Positions 19,536 to 29,157 of a stretch of 64,000 bases of DNA are shown here, piece by piece. The stretch spans positions 14,759 through 78,758 of the forward strand of contig JAJYVD010000002.1 of the NCBI GenBank assembly GCA_021792185.1, written 5' to 3'. The notes beneath the pieces are model-generated. The model ran no database searches. It had not been told where the DNA came from and saw only the letters and a program-made list of their open reading frames with translations. Position 1 is the stretch's first letter. The number at the start of each line of letters is the position of its first letter. Origin of the DNA: Nitrospirota bacterium. Lineage in GTDB: Bacteria > Nitrospirota > Thermodesulfovibrionia > Thermodesulfovibrionales > Dissulfurispiraceae. The position numbers were made by a program, and so were the translations under genes.

Positions 19536-19650
19536 TGTTTAATATCATCGTTATACATGGAGGCAAAAGAAACGGGCATCCGATACCTGAAGCAAGAGCC
19601 TTGCGGCAATTATCAAGAGCATGAAGGAGTGGGGAGAGAAGATAAAATAA
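19536..19650. pseudogene. fused remnants of a flavoprotein 3' end (minus strand) and an HxlR 3' end (plus strand)
   Basis: 19536-19576 matches the 3' end of gene 23817-24401 (..atcatcgttatacat.gaggcaaa..). 19595-19650 translates to SLAAIIKSMKEWGEKIK-stop, matching the C-terminus of the HxlR gene at 24513-24833. Confidence 0.55.
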
Positions 19651-19658
19651 GATTCTTA

Positions 19659-20210
19659 TCAGCTTTCAAGACTACTTATCCACTCCGAGGTTTTCATTAT
19701 CTTGCTGAACCGCATAGCCTGAGTTACCAATATTGCCCTGTGAAGCTCCTCATCTGTGCCTGTGCCTGCATTATTTGTAAAGGAGAGGGTTCCTGTTGCA
19801 TCGGATAAAAACTCTACATTGAATCCTAAGTGAAATGCCTGCCGTGCTGTGGTATCGCAGCACATCTGGGTCATGTATCCGGCAATCACTACAGTATCAA
19901 TATCCCTCTCTCTGAGCCATGATTCCAATATCGTACCTGTAAAACTTCCGGGCAAGTTCTTTTCTATTAAAATGTCACATGGACGTCTTGCAATCTCGTG
20001 ATGAAGCTCCCATTCAGGACTTCCCTTCCTAAACACAGGAGAATCTGCTGCCTTAGCAGTGTGTTGAATAACGATTACCGGAATGCCATATTCATAGACA
20101 GCATCCATCGCCTTCAGGATATTCTCAAGGCTTCCTGATGGATAAGAGACCGGCAGCTTGCCGGTGAAATATTCATTCTGAACATCAATAACCAATAATG
20201 CCTTTTTCAT
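19659..20210 (-). CDS. isochorismatase-family cysteine hydrolase
   Basis: 183 aa with [11 protein letters not shown] at the N-terminus and a conserved Cys region ([13 protein letters not shown]). Confidence 0.8.
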   Translation of the reverse strand: MKKALLVIDVQNEYFTGKLPVSYPSGSLENILKAMDAVYEYGIPVIVIQHTAKAADSPVFRKGSPEWELHHEIARRPCDILIEKNLPGSFTGTILESWLRERDIDTVVIAGYMTQMCCDTTARQAFHLGFNVEFLSDATGTLSFTNNAGTGTDEELHRAILVTQAMRFSKIMKTSEWISSLES

Positions 20211-20225
20211 AGGTTGTTCCTCCCT

Positions 20226-20549
20226 CTATAAATAGTCCTCTCTTATCGGATACCATGCATCAACCGCCTTTGTTGGCTTATCCAGAACCCTTGCGCTGTG
20301 TTCCTGGTTGGAGAAAATCACAACACCATCGCCTTCCTTTAAAATCTTTGTCTCTCCATCAACCATGAATTCCATCTCTCCTTCGATGACATATGTTATC
20401 TGCTCATGCGGATGCTTGTGTGAAGGAATCACTGCATGAGGTTTAAACTCAAAGAATGTCATCATGGTTTTATCGCCAGAGACAGCCCTGAGAGTAATGC
20501 CTTCAAGCACTTTTCTTGCCTTTAAATCTGATCCCTTGAAAAAATTCAT
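20226..20549 (-). CDS. cupin domain protein
   Basis: ~107 aa with cupin motifs (HKHPHEQITYVIEGE ... GDGVVIFSNQEHS). The start at 20549 is preceded by GGAGG. Confidence 0.75.
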   Translation of the reverse strand: MNFFKGSDLKARKVLEGITLRAVSGDKTMMTFFEFKPHAVIPSHKHPHEQITYVIEGEMEFMVDGETKILKEGDGVVIFSNQEHSARVLDKPTKAVDAWYPIREDYL

Positions 20550-20567
20550 ATGCAACCTCCAGAGCAC

Positions 20568-21494
20568 TTATTTATTCTTCAGATACTTCATCTGAATATT
20601 CCAGAGTATAAGTCCCGCGCCTTCGGGTCTTTGCGGCAGAAATTTTTTGATCTCAGAGGCGATATGCTCGGCATTATCGGATTTAGCCGCGAGTTCTTTG
20701 GCCTTTTTATCAAAGGCAATAAGGTAGTCCTTCATTTCTTCGATATCTTTTTTGCTTGAGACCGGCCCGTGTCCCGGAATGATTTTCTCGGCGTCCATTG
20801 TCATGATATAGTCGAGCGTTTTCAGCCATCCCTCTATGTCTCCTTCCCCCATGAATGGGTGATAACCGGTAAATAGAATGTCACCTGCAAATAGAACTTT
20901 CTTGTCCGGCAGATAGACCATAATGCTTCCATCGGTATGCGACTGTCTGAAATAAATTAGCTCTATCTTCCGATCGCCGAGGTCTATTTCCATTCTTTCG
21001 TTAAAAGTCAAAACAGGGTATGCGATTTTAGTCCCCTTTATGTCCTTTTCGGTGAGGCCGTAGTTGCTGGCGTTTTTCAGGGCTGTTTCGCCGTGAATTT
21101 TAAGGTTATTGCCGTCATTTGTGTGCGAGATGATCAGTGCCCCGAGTTTTGCGAACTCTGAATTGCCGAAAGTGTGGTCGAGGTGATAATGGGTATTGAC
21201 GACATATTTTATAGGCTTTTTCGAAATCGCTTTTATGTCTCTGATAAACCTCTTTGCCTCTTTTGCCGATATGAGAGTATCGATCACAATTATTCCGTCC
21301 TTCCCGATTATGATCCCTGCATTTGCGCCATAGCTGTTTGCTGGAGAGCTGTTTTTTGTGTCAACATATGAGTAAACATTATCGGCTATCTTTGTCAGTC
21401 CCTGAGCTGATGCTTCGTGATGCATTAATACAGAACTGACAATAAGCAATATTAACAACATAACAATCCTGATTTTTAAAATCATTTTCTTCAT
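20568..21494 (-). CDS. MBL-fold metallo-hydrolase, secreted
   Basis: 308 aa with a signal peptide and the HxHxDH motif (THYHLDHTFG). Confidence 0.8.
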   Translation of the reverse strand: MKKMILKIRIVMLLILLIVSSVLMHHEASAQGLTKIADNVYSYVDTKNSSPANSYGANAGIIIGKDGIIVIDTLISAKEAKRFIRDIKAISKKPIKYVVNTHYHLDHTFGNSEFAKLGALIISHTNDGNNLKIHGETALKNASNYGLTEKDIKGTKIAYPVLTFNERMEIDLGDRKIELIYFRQSHTDGSIMVYLPDKKVLFAGDILFTGYHPFMGEGDIEGWLKTLDYIMTMDAEKIIPGHGPVSSKKDIEEMKDYLIAFDKKAKELAAKSDNAEHIASEIKKFLPQRPEGAGLILWNIQMKYLKNK

Positions 21495-21512
21495 AACATT
21501 CTCCTTTTTAGA

Positions 21513-21980
21513 CTATTTTACACCTTTAACAGCCGATTGATAACGGGCAAGCAGTTCAGGGTCGTCAATTGAACCGTGATGGTGGACCTGCCGCCACTGT
21601 CCGTCAAATAATTTGAATATTCTGCTTGTCCTTATTGCCAAAGGGACAACAGTATCGCCAATGCGGAATTCACCACGCTCTCTGCCAACTGCATAAAACA
21701 TTTCTTTTGTCTCATGTATTGTATAATCATAGAATTCCACATAGACTTTTGCAGGGCCGGTGAAAATTCGTTCATATACCGACCTGATTTCATTCCATCC
21801 CCGCTTGATGCCGCCGATGGGATTGTCCATGGCAATTTCATCAGTTTGAGCCCAGTTCTTTGACATCTTATCCATGTCACGATTATTGAAGGCGTTGTAA
21901 AAATCTACAAGGGCAAGCAAGGGGCCTTTCAGGTCTGCTCTGTCCTCATTGCCTGTGATAGGTGTCTGTTCTGCCTTCAT
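21513..21980 (-). CDS. SnoaL/NTF2-like fold protein (paralog 1)
   Basis: 155 aa, small alpha+beta barrel-type composition. Near-identical paralog at 23331-23798. Confidence 0.55.
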   Translation of the reverse strand: MKAEQTPITGNEDRADLKGPLLALVDFYNAFNNRDMDKMSKNWAQTDEIAMDNPIGGIKRGWNEIRSVYERIFTGPAKVYVEFYDYTIHETKEMFYAVGRERGEFRIGDTVVPLAIRTSRIFKLFDGQWRQVHHHGSIDDPELLARYQSAVKGVK

Positions 21981-21989
21981 GCTTTCACC

Positions 21990-22193
21990 TCATTGTCCTC
22001 GCTTCCTTCGCATCGTGACCGATTCGCCGCCGATGCCCCAGTTATCGGTCTCCACTTCATCAATAACCACAAACGTTGTCTGAGGATTCTTGTCGAGGAC
22101 ATCAACGAGGAGTTGAGTTACGCCTTTAATGATCTGAGCCTTCTGCTCGGCTGTTGCACCTTCCTTTGTTATCTTGATATTTACATAAGGCAT
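21990..22193 (-). CDS. 4-oxalocrotonate tautomerase family protein
   Basis: 67 aa starting MPYVNIKITKEG, with the catalytic Pro1 after Met removal. Confidence 0.75.
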   Translation of the reverse strand: MPYVNIKITKEGATAEQKAQIIKGVTQLLVDVLDKNPQTTFVVIDEVETDNWGIGGESVTMRRKRGQ

Positions 22194-22207
22194 AAGAACC
22201 TCCCTTT

Positions 22208-23317
22208 CTATGCTGATTTTTGATTGAAAGCTACGCAGTAAAACTTCCTTTCATTGATAGCAGCGCCAAAGCATTTATTGCATGATATGCATCTTGCCTT
22301 CTTCCTGTCGCCAGACTGCCATCTATTTATAAGATCAGGTTCTGATATGAGCGGTCTGGAAATGCTGAAAAATTGCGCTGCTCCATCGCGATAAATACCC
22401 TCCATCACATCAAGGGAACGGAGGCCGCCAACGAGGATTAAAGGACATTTCAAATGAGGCCTGAATTGCCCTGCATAATCCCTGAAATACGCCTCCTTTT
22501 CCGGACTATTAATCCCGGCTCTTGCCGGCATAAGCTCTCCTGATGCAAATATTCCACCGCTTAATTCAATGGCGTCAATACCCATATCTGATAACTTTTT
22601 GCAGACCCACAAAGAATCTTCAGGTGCAAGTCCGGCTCCTCCGTCAAAGTCCGATGAATTTATCTTTACCATCACAGGATAGTCTCTGCCGACTTTTCCC
22701 CTTACAGCATCGTATATCTCGAAGATTATCCTTGCCCTGTTCTCAATTGAACCACCATACGCATCTGCACGTTTATTCGAATAAGGAGAGAGGAACTGTG
22801 ACAGTAGATAGCCATGAGCAGCGTGTATCTCCACGCCATCAAATCCTGCATCTTTTGCCCTTCTTGCTGCCTCTGCAAATTCATTTACAACACGTTTTAT
22901 ATCATCCACACTCATCTCAACAGGCAAATTGCCGGTTGCCCTCTCTTTCACAGCAGACGGAGCTTCAAGCGGCATGCCGGTATCAAACATGCCCTGCGAG
23001 CCGCCATGAGCAATCTGCAGTACAATTTTACCTCCATGCTCATGGACTGCTTCTGTAAGACGTTTGAGGCCCGGGATTAAGGCATCGCTGTCAGCCCCGA
23101 GCTTGCCAAAAAGCGCCTTGCCCCTTTTGGTGACAAATGAGTAGCCGGTCAGTATAAGACCGACTCCGCCTTTTGCAAGGTCTCTGTAGATTTCGATTAA
23201 CGGTTCGGTTACTTCACCGTTTTCACCAGCCATCCCTTCCCATGTGGCTGACCTTACAAAATGGTTTCTCATCTCCATGTTTCCTGTAAATGTCTTCTGA
23301 AAAAGTTCGTTCATCAT
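22208..23317 (-). CDS. NADH:flavin oxidoreductase (Old Yellow Enzyme family)
   Basis: 369 aa TIM-barrel OYE-like (HAAHGYLLSQFLSP) with a C-terminal Cys cluster (CISCNKC). Confidence 0.85.
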   Translation of the reverse strand: MMNELFQKTFTGNMEMRNHFVRSATWEGMAGENGEVTEPLIEIYRDLAKGGVGLILTGYSFVTKRGKALFGKLGADSDALIPGLKRLTEAVHEHGGKIVLQIAHGGSQGMFDTGMPLEAPSAVKERATGNLPVEMSVDDIKRVVNEFAEAARRAKDAGFDGVEIHAAHGYLLSQFLSPYSNKRADAYGGSIENRARIIFEIYDAVRGKVGRDYPVMVKINSSDFDGGAGLAPEDSLWVCKKLSDMGIDAIELSGGIFASGELMPARAGINSPEKEAYFRDYAGQFRPHLKCPLILVGGLRSLDVMEGIYRDGAAQFFSISRPLISEPDLINRWQSGDRKKARCISCNKCFGAAINERKFYCVAFNQKSA

Positions 23318-23330
23318 ATCCTCCTTCTAA

Positions 23331-23798
23331 CTATTTTACACCTTTGACAGTCGATTGATAACGGGCAAGGAGTTCAGGATCATCGATTGAACCGTGATGA
23401 TGGACCTGCTTCCACTTCCCATCAATTAATATGAATATCCTGCTTGTCCTTATTGCTAAAGGGACAGCAGTATCTCCAATGCGAAACTCACCCCGCTCCC
23501 TGCCTACCGCATAAAACATCTCCTTTGTCTCATGGATCGTATAATCATAGAATTCCACATAGACCTTTGCAAGGCCGGTGAAAATTCGTTCATATACCGA
23601 CCTGATTTCATCCCATCCACGCTTGATGCCGCCCAGCGGATTATCCATTGCAATATCTTCAGTCTGTGCCCAGTTTTGGGACATGAGCATAATATTGCGG
23701 GTATTGAAGGCGCGGTAAAACTGAACAAGCGCGTAAAAAGGAGATGACGGGTCTTCCAGATTTTCGCTTCCTGTTATCGGTATTTGTATTGGTTGCAT
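23331..23798 (-). CDS. SnoaL/NTF2-like fold protein (paralog 2)
   Basis: 155 aa. The C-terminal ~100 residues are almost identical to those of 21513-21980. Confidence 0.55.
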   Translation of the reverse strand: MQPIQIPITGSENLEDPSSPFYALVQFYRAFNTRNIMLMSQNWAQTEDIAMDNPLGGIKRGWDEIRSVYERIFTGLAKVYVEFYDYTIHETKEMFYAVGRERGEFRIGDTAVPLAIRTSRIFILIDGKWKQVHHHGSIDDPELLARYQSTVKGVK

Positions 23799-23816
23799 TT
23801 CAGCGTCTCCTTCACA

Positions 23817-24401
23817 TTATCCTGCAAGTTTACGGCCAAAGGCCATTGCCCGTTCACGAAGTTCCGCGTTTTGTTTGATGTCATCGTTATACATAGAGGC
23901 AAACGGAATGAGGAGCGATTCCAGTTCCGAACCGATAAAGCCAACGCTTGTTTTAAATACCTGCTCGACAAGACTTAAGCCGGGATTGATGTCCCCGCCG
24001 TCGGTACAGATAAGCCCCCATTTGAGATGACCCAGTTCATGCACGTATTGTCCCTTGGCAGGATCAAATTTGATGAGAGAGTACATCCTGTCCATCACGA
24101 GCTTTAATTGTGCGCTCGGCCCGAAAAAGTAGACCGGAGTGGCGAATACAACAATATCCTTCTCCGGCATTCTTGCCAATATCGGCTTTATCTCATCATC
24201 CACCGCGCACTCGTATTTTTCTGACTTCTGGCATCCCATGCAAGCAATGCAGCCGTTATTCCTGCTTTTCAGACGGGCCACGTCTACCACCTCAACAGCT
24301 GCACCCGCCTCTTTCGCTCCTTCTGCAAACCATCCCACTACAGTATTAGTATTCCCGTTTTTCCTCGGGCTGCCACTTAACATCATAATCTTTTTGCCCA
24401 T
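23817..24401 (-). CDS. NAD(P)H-dependent FMN reductase / iron-sulfur flavoprotein-like
   Basis: MGKKIMMLSGSPRKNGNT flavodoxin-like N-terminus, Cys cluster CIACMGCQKSEKYEC, and a start with GGAGG. Confidence 0.7.
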   Translation of the reverse strand: MGKKIMMLSGSPRKNGNTNTVVGWFAEGAKEAGAAVEVVDVARLKSRNNGCIACMGCQKSEKYECAVDDEIKPILARMPEKDIVVFATPVYFFGPSAQLKLVMDRMYSLIKFDPAKGQYVHELGHLKWGLICTDGGDINPGLSLVEQVFKTSVGFIGSELESLLIPFASMYNDDIKQNAELRERAMAFGRKLAG

Positions 24402-24512
24402 AAAAGCCTCCTTTAAAATCAATATTGACAAACAATATCAGCATCGGTATACTTTGTCAAGTAGTTACATTTAGGTTATACAGTTTCAAAAAAGATACTA
24501 TTGGAGGGGAAC

Positions 24513-24833
24513 ATGGCTTATAAAACCTGCAGCGATAAGGAATGTTCGGTGGTAAAAACCCTGCGGATCATCGGCAGTAAATGGACTATTTTAATCATCA
24601 GGGACCTTCTTGACGGCAAGAAGAGATTCGGAGAACTGAGGAAGTCCCTCGCAGGAGTCAGCCCGAAAACTTTATCCGAACGTCTGAAGTCCCTTGAGAA
24701 AGAGGGAATAGCCACCAAAAAGATTTATCCCGAAGTCCCGCCGAGGGTTGAATACTCTTTGACCAAAAGAGGACAGAGCCTTGCTGCGATCATCAAAAGC
24801 ATGAAGGAATGGGGAGAGAAAATAAGCAAATAA
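24513..24833 (+). CDS. HxlR family transcriptional regulator
   Basis: 106 aa with C..V..L..IGSKWT..I.R.L...KRFGEL and a winged-helix HxlR signature. Divergent from the flavoprotein gene. Confidence 0.85.
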   Translation: MAYKTCSDKECSVVKTLRIIGSKWTILIIRDLLDGKKRFGELRKSLAGVSPKTLSERLKSLEKEGIATKKIYPEVPPRVEYSLTKRGQSLAAIIKSMKEWGEKISK

Positions 24834-24864
24834 TAAATATTTTAATTTGTCCTTACCTAAATAA

Positions 24865-24895
24865 AAAGGCCACGGAGCCTGATTCCGTGGCCTTT
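24865..24895. terminator. bidirectional intrinsic terminator
   Basis: aaaggccacgga-gcctgat-tccgtggccttt flanked by A-run and T-run, between convergent genes. Confidence 0.7.
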
Positions 24896-24975
24896 AAGTT
24901 TTTCTGCTTACCTTCCGCTAAAAGCTAATAGAATCCCCCCTCCAGCCGCAGGAGATTTTATTTTTTGTCCGGCAA

Positions 24976-25134
24976 TTACTCGCCGCAGCAGATGCGTCTC
25001 ATTCTTTTCTTTCCCGTGGAAGAGACGGCCATAACTACATCCACCTTGTTGCCGCAACTCCCGCAGATATTGGCCTTCGCCTTGTTCCCGGCCCTTGCAG
25101 CAACGTCGGTCTTTGACTTTACTTTTTCAGCCAT
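24976..25134 (-). CDS. unannotated 52-aa Cys-rich small protein
   Basis: SD GGAGG is 7 nt upstream of the ATG at 25134. Translation MAEKVKSKTDVAARAGNKAKANICGSCGNKVDVVMAVSSTGKKRMRRICCGE-stop has CxxC plus CC (zinc-ribbon-like). A terminator lies downstream. It is below the 60-aa cutoff of the ORF track. Confidence 0.5.
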   Translation of the reverse strand: MAEKVKSKTDVAARAGNKAKANICGSCGNKVDVVMAVSSTGKKRMRRICCGE

Positions 25135-25373
25135 GATACGACCTCCTTTCTTTTTCTAAATCTTTTGTCTTTTGATCGACATATATACGGTAAACCACGC
25201 AATAGTATTTTGAGTGGCCGCAAATCTTAATAATATAATGAAAATTCGGGGATTTTGTCAAACTCATAATCCGTAAATGGACAGCAGGTATGCTCTCAAA
25301 GCCTTAAATAATGCGATGAGAAACCGTTTATGCGCTTGACTTTTAAAACACACGTTTAATACAATTGTTTGAA

Positions 25374-26042
25374 ATGAATGTTCTGAAGGCATATATCACG
25401 CCGCCGGAATCTGCCGAAGATACCCGCCAACGGCTTCTGGAGGCGGCAGGCGAGGTCTTTGCCGAAAAGGGTTTTCGCAGCGCCACGGTGCGGGAGATAT
25501 GCAGCAGGGCAGGGGCTAATGTGGCTGCGGTAAATTATCATTTCGGTGATAAAGACCGTCTCTATGCGGCGGTGCTCAAGTATGCCCATCGCCGTGCGCT
25601 CGAAAAATTTCCTCCCTCCCTCGGGCTGCCGGAGAGCGCATCGGCCGAGGATAGGCTTAAAGTGTTTATCAGGTCTTTTCTGTATCGCATTCTTGATGAA
25701 GGAAGACCGTCATGGCATGGTAAGCTTATGACCAGGGAATTGGCCGATCCCACCGCTGCCCTCGACAGTCTCGTCGAGGAATCCATACGGCCTACCTATG
25801 AAACGCTTACTGGAATTATAGGAGAGATGCTCGGCAAGGCCGCGTCTTCCGATCTACGCTATTTCGCCAACAGCATCGTGGGGCAATGCGTATTTTATTG
25901 TCATGCTGCGCCGGTTCTGGAGCGCCTTGCTCCGGGCAAATTCAAGAGCAGCGAAATCGAGCGGCTCGCGGAGCATATTTCGCAATTTTCTCTGTGCGCC
26001 CTGAGGCAACCGCGAAAAACCGGCGGGAGAAGAAATAAATGA
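25374..26042 (+). CDS. TetR/AcrR family transcriptional regulator
   Basis: TetR HTH region (RQRLLEAAGEVFAEKGFRSATVREICSRAGANVAAVNYHFGDK). The stop overlaps the first exporter gene start. Confidence 0.8.
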   Translation: MNVLKAYITPPESAEDTRQRLLEAAGEVFAEKGFRSATVREICSRAGANVAAVNYHFGDKDRLYAAVLKYAHRRALEKFPPSLGLPESASAEDRLKVFIRSFLYRILDEGRPSWHGKLMTRELADPTAALDSLVEESIRPTYETLTGIIGEMLGKAASSDLRYFANSIVGQCVFYCHAAPVLERLAPGKFKSSEIERLAEHISQFSLCALRQPRKTGGRRNK

Positions 26043-27199
26043 GGTTTGTCGCAATAAAAATGCTCGTCGGCGACAGGGCCAAGTATCTGGGTATTGTCAT
26101 GGGGCTTGCCTTTGCCTCGTTCCTTATTACGGAGCAGCTTGCCATTTTTACCGGACTTATGACGAGGACATTCGGCTTTATAACGGATACCGCTATAGCA
26201 GACATCTGGGTCATGGATCCTAAAGTGCAGTTCGTTGACGACATAAAACCCATGCAGGACATGCAGCTTTACAGAACGAGAGGCGTTGACGGCGTTGAGT
26301 GGGCGGTTCCTTTGTATAAGGGGCTACTCAAGGCAAAGCTCGAAAACGGCAATTATCAAACGGTAATTGTAATCGGCCTCGATGACGCCACGCTTATCGG
26401 CTCTCCGCCTGTTATGCTGAAGGGACAGGCCGCTGATTTGAGGAGAAGCGAAGCGGTGATTGTGGACACTGTAGGGGCTGCAGGCAAGCTGTCCAAGCCG
26501 TCGCCGGTTCCCGGCCAAAAGCGCATTCCCCTCGCTATAGGCGATACCCTGGAAATTAATGACAACCGGGCATCCGTGGCAGGCATATGCAAAGTGTCGA
26601 GGACATTTCAGTCCCAGCCCGTTATCTACACTACATATTCGAGGGCTACCACCTTTGCCCCTAAAGAGCGGAAACTCCTTTCCTTTGTCCTCGTAAAGGC
26701 AAAACCGGGAGAGGATGTTAAAGCGCTCGCCTCCCGGATCAAGGCCGTCACCGGTCTTGCGGCTTATACGCGCGACGAGTTCAAAGAATTGACCATAAGG
26801 TATTACATGAAATACACCGGCATCCCTATAAACTTCGGCATGGCGGTGCTTTTAGGCTTTATTGTCGGCACGGCAATAGCGGGCCAGACTTTTTACAGCT
26901 TCACACTCGAAAATCTCAGACACTTCGGCACGCTTAAGGCGATGGGGACTACCAATAAAACCCTTCTCGGCATGATTGTGCTTCAGGCGCTGATGGTCGG
27001 GAGCATCGGCTACGGCATCGGCGTAGGCGCCGCAACCGCATTCGGCAAGCTCGTCAAGGACACGGAACTGGCGTTCAGGCTGCCGTGGCAGCTTCTTGTA
27101 ATTACCGCTGTAGCGATAAGCCTTATCTGCGTGTTCGCGGCTCTTCTCAGCATACGAAAGGTAATGAAGCTGGAACCGGCGATAGTTTTTAAGACTTAG
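26039..27199 (+). CDS. ABC exporter permease (FtsX/MacB/DevC-like)
   Basis: 386 aa with an N-terminal TM, a large periplasmic domain and a C-terminal FtsX-type 3-TM bundle. Confidence 0.85.
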   Translation: MRFVAIKMLVGDRAKYLGIVMGLAFASFLITEQLAIFTGLMTRTFGFITDTAIADIWVMDPKVQFVDDIKPMQDMQLYRTRGVDGVEWAVPLYKGLLKAKLENGNYQTVIVIGLDDATLIGSPPVMLKGQAADLRRSEAVIVDTVGAAGKLSKPSPVPGQKRIPLAIGDTLEINDNRASVAGICKVSRTFQSQPVIYTTYSRATTFAPKERKLLSFVLVKAKPGEDVKALASRIKAVTGLAAYTRDEFKELTIRYYMKYTGIPINFGMAVLLGFIVGTAIAGQTFYSFTLENLRHFGTLKAMGTTNKTLLGMIVLQALMVGSIGYGIGVGAATAFGKLVKDTELAFRLPWQLLVITAVAISLICVFAALLSIRKVMKLEPAIVFKT

Positions 27200-27208
27200 G
27201 ATAAATTT

Positions 27209-27964
<756 letters not shown>

Positions 27965-28029
27965 ATGAGCGGAAATACTATGACTGCCCTAAAGTAACAT
28001 ATATTAATCTGAAATAAAGGAGAAAATTT

Positions 28030-29010
28030 ATGATACGCAAATATCTTTTACCTGTTTTGGCAGCGGCAGGCGCCCTCTTTGCCGTTTTTTCGGTTATGTC
28101 CGCCAGAAAATCGGCGCCGGTCCCTCCGCCGGTGGTGCAGCCGGCGCAGGCGCCCTTTAGATCATATATAGCGGGAGCCGGAATAATCGAGGCGAGCACG
28201 GAGAACATCGCCGTGGGCACAAACCTGCCGGGTATCGTGACTAAAGTATTTGTGAAAGTTGGAAGCAGGGTAAAGGCCGGCGATTCGCTTTTCACGCTCG
28301 ACGACCGGGAACTGCGCTCCGAACTGCTCGTCAAGCAATCAAACCTTGTTAAGGCTAAGGCATCTGTAGAGGAAGCCAAGGCTTCGCTGCAGGATTACCG
28401 GACGCAATATGCGCGTGTGAAAGGCGTGACCGACAGCCGGGCGGTCAGCGTAGATGAGATGGAAAAACGCCGCAACGCCGAATTGCTCGCCGAGGCGAAA
28501 CTCGAAAGCGCCAAGGCGGCGGTGATCGCGGTAGAGGCCGAAGTCAAAGCCGTACAAACCACTATAGAGCGCCTTACGGTGCGCGCGCCGGTAAACGGCG
28601 AGATCCTTCAGATCAATGTAAGGCCGGGCGAATATGCCCAGACCGGAGCGCTACAGAAGCCGCTTATGCTCCTCGGCAATCTCGACAGGCTGCATGTGCG
28701 CGTGGATGTGGATGAAAATGATGCATGGAGATTTAAGAAAGATGCGTCTGCGTTAGCATTTATCCGCGGCAACAGGGAGATGAAGACCCAACTCACTTAC
28801 GAGCGTACAGAGCCTTATGTTATACCTAAAAAGTCCCTCACGGGAGACAGCACAGAGCGGGTGGACACGAGGGTCATGCAGGTGGTTTACAGCTTTGACC
28901 GCTCCCAGTTGCAGGTGTATGTCGGACAGTTAATGGATGTCTTTATAGATGCCCCGCCTGTGGCGGCAACAAAACAGCCGCAGGAAAAGACCAATAGAGG
29001 CAAGAAATGA
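28030..29010 (+). CDS. HlyD-family periplasmic adaptor (DevB-like)
   Basis: 326 aa with an N-terminal TM, lipoyl-like halves around a coiled-coil hairpin, and a beta-barrel C-terminal part. Confidence 0.85.
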   Translation: MIRKYLLPVLAAAGALFAVFSVMSARKSAPVPPPVVQPAQAPFRSYIAGAGIIEASTENIAVGTNLPGIVTKVFVKVGSRVKAGDSLFTLDDRELRSELLVKQSNLVKAKASVEEAKASLQDYRTQYARVKGVTDSRAVSVDEMEKRRNAELLAEAKLESAKAAVIAVEAEVKAVQTTIERLTVRAPVNGEILQINVRPGEYAQTGALQKPLMLLGNLDRLHVRVDVDENDAWRFKKDASALAFIRGNREMKTQLTYERTEPYVIPKKSLTGDSTERVDTRVMQVVYSFDRSQLQVYVGQLMDVFIDAPPVAATKQPQEKTNRGKK

Positions 29011-29038
29011 AAATAACATTTAAAAACAGTCTCAAGGA

Positions 29039-29157
29039 GGATAAGGCATTATCCGCTCATTCTCGAAAGGCATCCAACCTTTCTCCGAGGCTACGCCAGC
29101 CTGCTCCGCCATCCATGGCTATGCATCGGCTGCCGAAGCCGCTTCAATGCCTTATCC
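29039..29157 (-). repeat. R1 nested-hairpin repeat, copy 2 (variant A)
   Basis: ggataaggcatt...ccgctcattctcgaaaggcatccaacctttctccgaggctacgccagc...gctgccgaagccgcttcaatgccttatcc, with a 12-bp perfect outer stem. It overlaps the 5' end of the outer-membrane factor gene. Confidence 0.85.

Noticed and set aside
22543-23058. 171-aa plus-strand ORF rich in Leu/Ser/Pro/Gln
   Set aside because: It is antisense to the OYE reductase gene, with low-complexity shadow-ORF composition.
29007-29114. Longer start for the outer-membrane factor gene (ATGA-coupled to the HlyD gene)
   Set aside because: It would place 36 residues, mostly encoded by the R1 repeat, in front of a canonical lipoprotein signal peptide. 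It is retained only as an alternative in the findings.
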